Shown: one piece after another, positions 53,161 to 64,000 of the stretch
Position numbering within the stretch: the stretch's first letter is position 1
Layout of the letters: every line of letters begins with the position of its first letter
Source of the DNA: the human T2T-CHM13v2.0 reference genome, Homo sapiens
Strand: one strand, 5' to 3'
DNA length: 64,000 nt
NCBI RefSeq assembly: GCF_009914755.1
Contig: NC_060948.1
Notes under the pieces: model-generated
The model's database searches: none
Seen by the model: only the letters and a program-made list of their open reading frames with translations
Told to the model about the DNA's origin: nothing
Translations under genes and position numbers: made by a program

Positions 53161-54177
53161 ATGGGGAAAAAAACAGAGCAGAAAAACTGGAAACTCTAAA
53201 AATCAGAGCACCTCTCCCCTCCAAAGGACCACAGCTCCTTATCAACAATGGAATAAAGCTGAACGGAGAATAACTTTGATGAGATGAGAGAAGAAGGCTT
53301 CAGACAATCCAACTACTCTGAGCTACAGGAGGAAATTCGAACCAATGGCAAAGAAGTTAAAAGCTTTGAAAAAAAAATTAGACGAATGGATAACTAGAAT
53401 AATCAATGCACAGAAGTCCTTAAAGGACCTGACGGAGCTGAAAACTGAGGCACAAGAGCTGCATGATGAATGCAGAAGCCTCAGTAGCCAATGTGATCAA
53501 CTGGAAGAAACGGTATCAGTGATGGAAGATGAAATGAATGAAATGAAGTGAGAAGAGAAGTTTAGAGAAAAAAGAATAAAAGAAACAAACAAAGCCTCCA
53601 AGAAATATGGGACTATGTGAAAAGACCAAATCTATGTCTGATTGGTGTAACTGAAAGTGACGGGGAGAAGGGAAACAAGTTGGAAAACACTCTGCAGGGT
53701 ATTATCTAGGAGAACTTCCCTAATCTAGCAATACAGGCCAACATTCAATCTCAGGAAATACAGAGAACACCACAAAGATAGTCCTTGAGAAGAGGAGCTC
53801 CAAGACACATAATTGTCAGATTCACCAAAGTTGAAATGAAGGAAAAAATGTTAAGGGCAGACAGAGAGAAAGGTCGGGTTACCCTCAAAGGGAAGCCCAT
53901 CAGACTAATAGTGGATCTCTCAGCAGAAACCCTACAAGCCAGAAGAGAGTGGGGGCCAATATTCAACATTCTTAAAGAAAAGAATTTTCAAACCAGAATT
54001 TCATATCCAGCCAAACTAAGCTTCATAAGCAAAGGAGAAATAAAATACTTTACAGACAAGCAAATGCTGAGAGATTTTGTCACCACCAGGCCTGCCCTAA
54101 AAGAGCTCCTGAAGGAAGCACTAAACATAGAAAGGAACAACCAGTAACAGCCACTGCAAAAACATGCCAAATTGTAA
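53161..54177 (+). pseudogene. Disrupted L1 ORF1p
   Basis: atggggaaaa start; fragments LDEWITRI.. and RHIIVRFTKVEMKEKMLRA; several stops and frameshifts. Confidence 0.9.
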
Positions 54178-54240
54178 ATACCATCAAGGCTAGGAAGAAA
54201 CTGCCTTAACTATGGAGCAAAATAACCAGCCAACATCATA

Positions 54241-58007
<3,767 letters not shown>

Positions 58008-59558
58008 ACAATGAGAACACATGGACACAGGAAGGGGAACATCACACACCGGGTCGTGTTGTGGGGTTGGGGGAGGGGAGAGGGATAGCATTAGGAGATA
58101 TACCTAATGTTAAATGATGAGGTAATGGGTGCAGCACACCAAAATGGCACATGTATACATATGTAACAAACCTTCACGTTGTGCACATGTACCCTGAAAC
58201 TTAAAGTATAATAATAATAAAATTTAAAAAAAAATTTTCAACATTTTAAAATACATGGCTAATTGTGGACAAAATTCACTGTCCACCCCTACTGCCACTT
58301 CCCACCCAAAGCAAAGGAAATTCACAACCCAAGATTCAAAATCCCCATAATAATATCCACACATTGACTAATACTATATGAAAGAGAATATGAAATGTTA
58401 ACAGAAAGATACACTGACAAGTTTCAATGACTTTTGTTGCTTTTAGATGCTATTTATTTATAGATGTTTATATCCTAGAAAAATCAAATATAAGTGTCAA
58501 CGAGCAAAACAAAGTGAGTTATCCCCAATTTTGGAAAAAAATTACATTCTTAGAATATATGGCAATACATAATGAAATATCACATAATATACAAAAACTC
58601 TATTGAGGTAAACATTATATTACTATCAATAATTTTTCTTTGCAAAGTTAAAAAAATCCAACATGGTCTTCATTTCTATGTAATCTGCTTTCAAATTTTT
58701 GATGAACAAGTAATATATGTTGTATGGTGGTTTTAAACTTTAATTTTGGGAGCTGAATAAAGCAGTTTCATGGAATTTGTACAAACCACCTGGCAGAAAA
58801 TAATTATGACCAATTAAGATGAACCCGTAATGCTTTACTTTTTTGGCATTTGCACCAGTAAAAGGAGACCTGCCAAGAAATGAGGGTATTTATTCTATAG
58901 AAGGGTTTCAGATTCATGATTATTCAGATTCCATGGTTATGTTGACCAAGAATTACAATTGTATTAGGCATTATGAAATGACTGAAGTCATTGTACAAGG
59001 AAAATATATTGTGTACACACTAAGATTTCCCACAAGATGAGGCATTTATTGTTCTGTTATCTGTATCAATAAGGAATACCTGGTGGTGAAATTGGAGACA
59101 AGTGCTTTAAAAAAGGCATTTCTACCATTTTTTGGAGGAAGACAATCGTAAAGCAAAATTTGCATGACTGTTTCAAATCCCAGCTATATATTACCTCTGA
59201 AGGGGGGGCCCTACATGACCTAAGCTTGATTTCCTTGAGTAGAATTACTTTCAAATATGTTGAGTCAGAAACTACTTAGGGAAATGCAAATTATTCCATA
59301 AACAGTCTAGCAAGATCTATGAGATCACCGCCAAAGGATGGCTGGTAGGAGAAAACAAGACAAGGATGTAAGAGGAATTTGACTCTCTGACATTGTTAGT
59401 TCCAATGCATGAGTAATAAATAGAAACAAAACCATTGGGTTCTTCTTAAGTCCAACTTTTAATAGGTTAAGTTTAATAAGATCATGACTCCTTGAATGGA
59501 GTTCTCTTTATCTTGGCATATCAGAAAATAATTTGGATATCTACAAAAACATTTAGGT

Positions 59559-59872
<314 letters not shown>

Positions 59873-59923
59873 TCACCAAAAAACATAAATGAGTACTGAT
59901 TTTTTAAAGAAATATTTAACTCA

Positions 59924-60233
59924 GGGCCTGGTGTGGTGGCTCATGCCTGTAATCCCAGCACTTTGGGAGGCTAAGGCTGGTGAATCACCTGTAGTCAGGC
60001 ATTTGAGACCAGCCTGGCCAGTATGGTGAAATCCCATCTCTACTAAAAAAATTCAAAAATTAGCCAGGTGCTGTGGTGCATGCCTGTAGTCCCAGCTACT
60101 TGGGAGGTTAAGGGAAGAAAGCCTTCTGAATCAGAGGAGTGGAGGTTGCAATGAGCCAATATTGTGCCACTGCACTCCAGCCTGGGTGACAGCAAGGCTC
60201 TGTCTCAAACAAACAAACAAACAAAAAAAAAAA
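59924..60233 (+). mobile_element. AluS-like element with (AAAC)n tail
   Basis: Full dimer. Confidence 0.9.
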
Positions 60234-60672
60234 TCTATGCACACACATCTCACAGTTTATTACTCTCAAAATAAAATTATTTTCCTTTTATGTCCTAACA
60301 TTCATTTAAGATAATTTTAGGCTTTTTTTCTCACTCCATTCTAATGTATTTTATTTAGCTATGATTCCCACCATAAGAGGTGGTAAAGTTGTCAATCAAA
60401 AGTGTTTTGTATCTTATAATTTTTGGTAAGCTTTTTGTGAGATTGCTTGGAAAACATACGATTCTTAATAATATTATGTTGCAGAAATAAATACTTTATA
60501 TTCTTCTATGCAAATGACTCTGAGTTGGACCTCAGGGGCATTGCACATGAACATTCATAAACAAGCCTTCTGAGTAATGCATCAAACATGCAGCCAGAAT
60601 GTGAGCTATTTCAGGCTATGCATGACACTAGGGCTCCAGATTGGCCTAACTATGACTACTTGATATTTTCCC

Positions 60673-61328
60673 TGTGCATATCCACCACATCACACATTCT
60701 TCAATAAATCATCAGAATACATGAAACTTGCATGCAAAGTTTTGAAATCTATCTCAGTATTTGCATGTCTCAGATAATGTCTCCCTTAAGCTATAAATTA
60801 CTTCAAGCTTAAATTACAACAATTAAGAAAAAGTTTTAAAATCTTATTTTTATAATCAGTAACACGCATTTTCTTTTCAATATTGATTAATGTTCTGAAG
60901 TAGAATGCACTTAAGAGACATCCAATATTATGTTATGACAGATTCTTATGACAACCTGAGGCACCATATTTTAAAAAGATTTTGTTGTGTTTTCTGATTT
61001 ACATCTTCAGCTGTTCAGAACTCTAATGAATCAATTTGAGTAGATGTAAAACTAGGGAATTATGGCTCTTCCACAGATAATTATGGCTAAAATATAGTAA
61101 CACAAGTTTGTTAATTTTATATAAATAAATGAAATTTTAAATGACATATCCTGTTGTTTTTAACAGCTGTGATGACCAAATTCTAATTACTTTCCCACAT
61201 GATCACAAAGAGCTCAGGTAGTTTTAACCATAAGAATTTAATTTTTTTCTTGTGTGCATTTCCACTATATTGTGCATTCTTTAATAAATTATCAGAATAC
61301 ACGAACCTTGCACACAAAGTTTTGAAAT
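60673..61328 (+). repeat. 76-bp dispersed direct repeat (60673-60748 and 61253-61328)
   Basis: Ungapped alignment, 63/76 identical. Confidence 0.9.
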
Positions 61329-61786
61329 AGCCATGTTTTCTTGCAGCACATTGTTGTAAAGCAGTGCCCCTCTAGGGTTATCTATTTTTTGTGTTCACAG
61401 CTTTAAATTAAAGATGATGTTCACTGTTTGCCAATGCTTGGAAATAAGGAAGGAAGTGCTACTCAACACCCATTATGTCTAGACAAGTTTCTGCAACATT
61501 GCTTGTAGTAGATAATCAAGGCTGTCTACTGAACAAACATTTTTTTGCTTTTTGATTTTTGAAGACTGATATTGTTTAATCAAATACCCTGGCAAACACA
61601 GGTTATTCTTAGCTGAGGGCAAAGGATAATGAGTCTTGGCCAAATAAGATAATCTCATTTCCCTTTCTTAAGTGGCCACTTTAAGAAAAAACATGAATGT
61701 TATTTATGATTAAAAATGTATAATGAAGTCTGAAGGAAGCAGTCTCTGCAAAGAATTTTGCTGCCATTTGAATTGAAAAAATCCAA

Positions 61787-64000
<2,214 letters not shown>

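Overview
Primate (human-like), AT-rich, strongly CpG-depleted non-coding DNA. I find no host protein-coding exon, RNA gene or CRISPR array. Every long ORF in the track comes from LINE-1, Alu, LTR or simple-repeat sequence. The window holds a full-length but dead L1PA4-like LINE-1 (52131-58232), a 5'-inverted (twin-primed) L1PA2/3-like copy that runs off the end (61787-64000), an internally deleted ORF1-only L1 nested in MER44 inside MLT1 (42765-47661), several truncated L1s, about 20 Alu pieces, THE1/MER4/other solo LTRs, DNA transposon relics, long purine or pyrimidine tracts, STRs and a ~3.4-kb AT-rich tract. The most notable signal is that L1 copies with different subfamily-diagnostic bases share clusters of non-consensus substitutions, including a 102-bp identical tract. 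This points to non-allelic gene conversion or a locally restricted L1 lineage. Several short templated-insertion or template-switch scars are also visible. Repeat family names come from recalled consensus sequences, not from a database search, so subfamily calls are provisional. I see no evidence of a new gene system.
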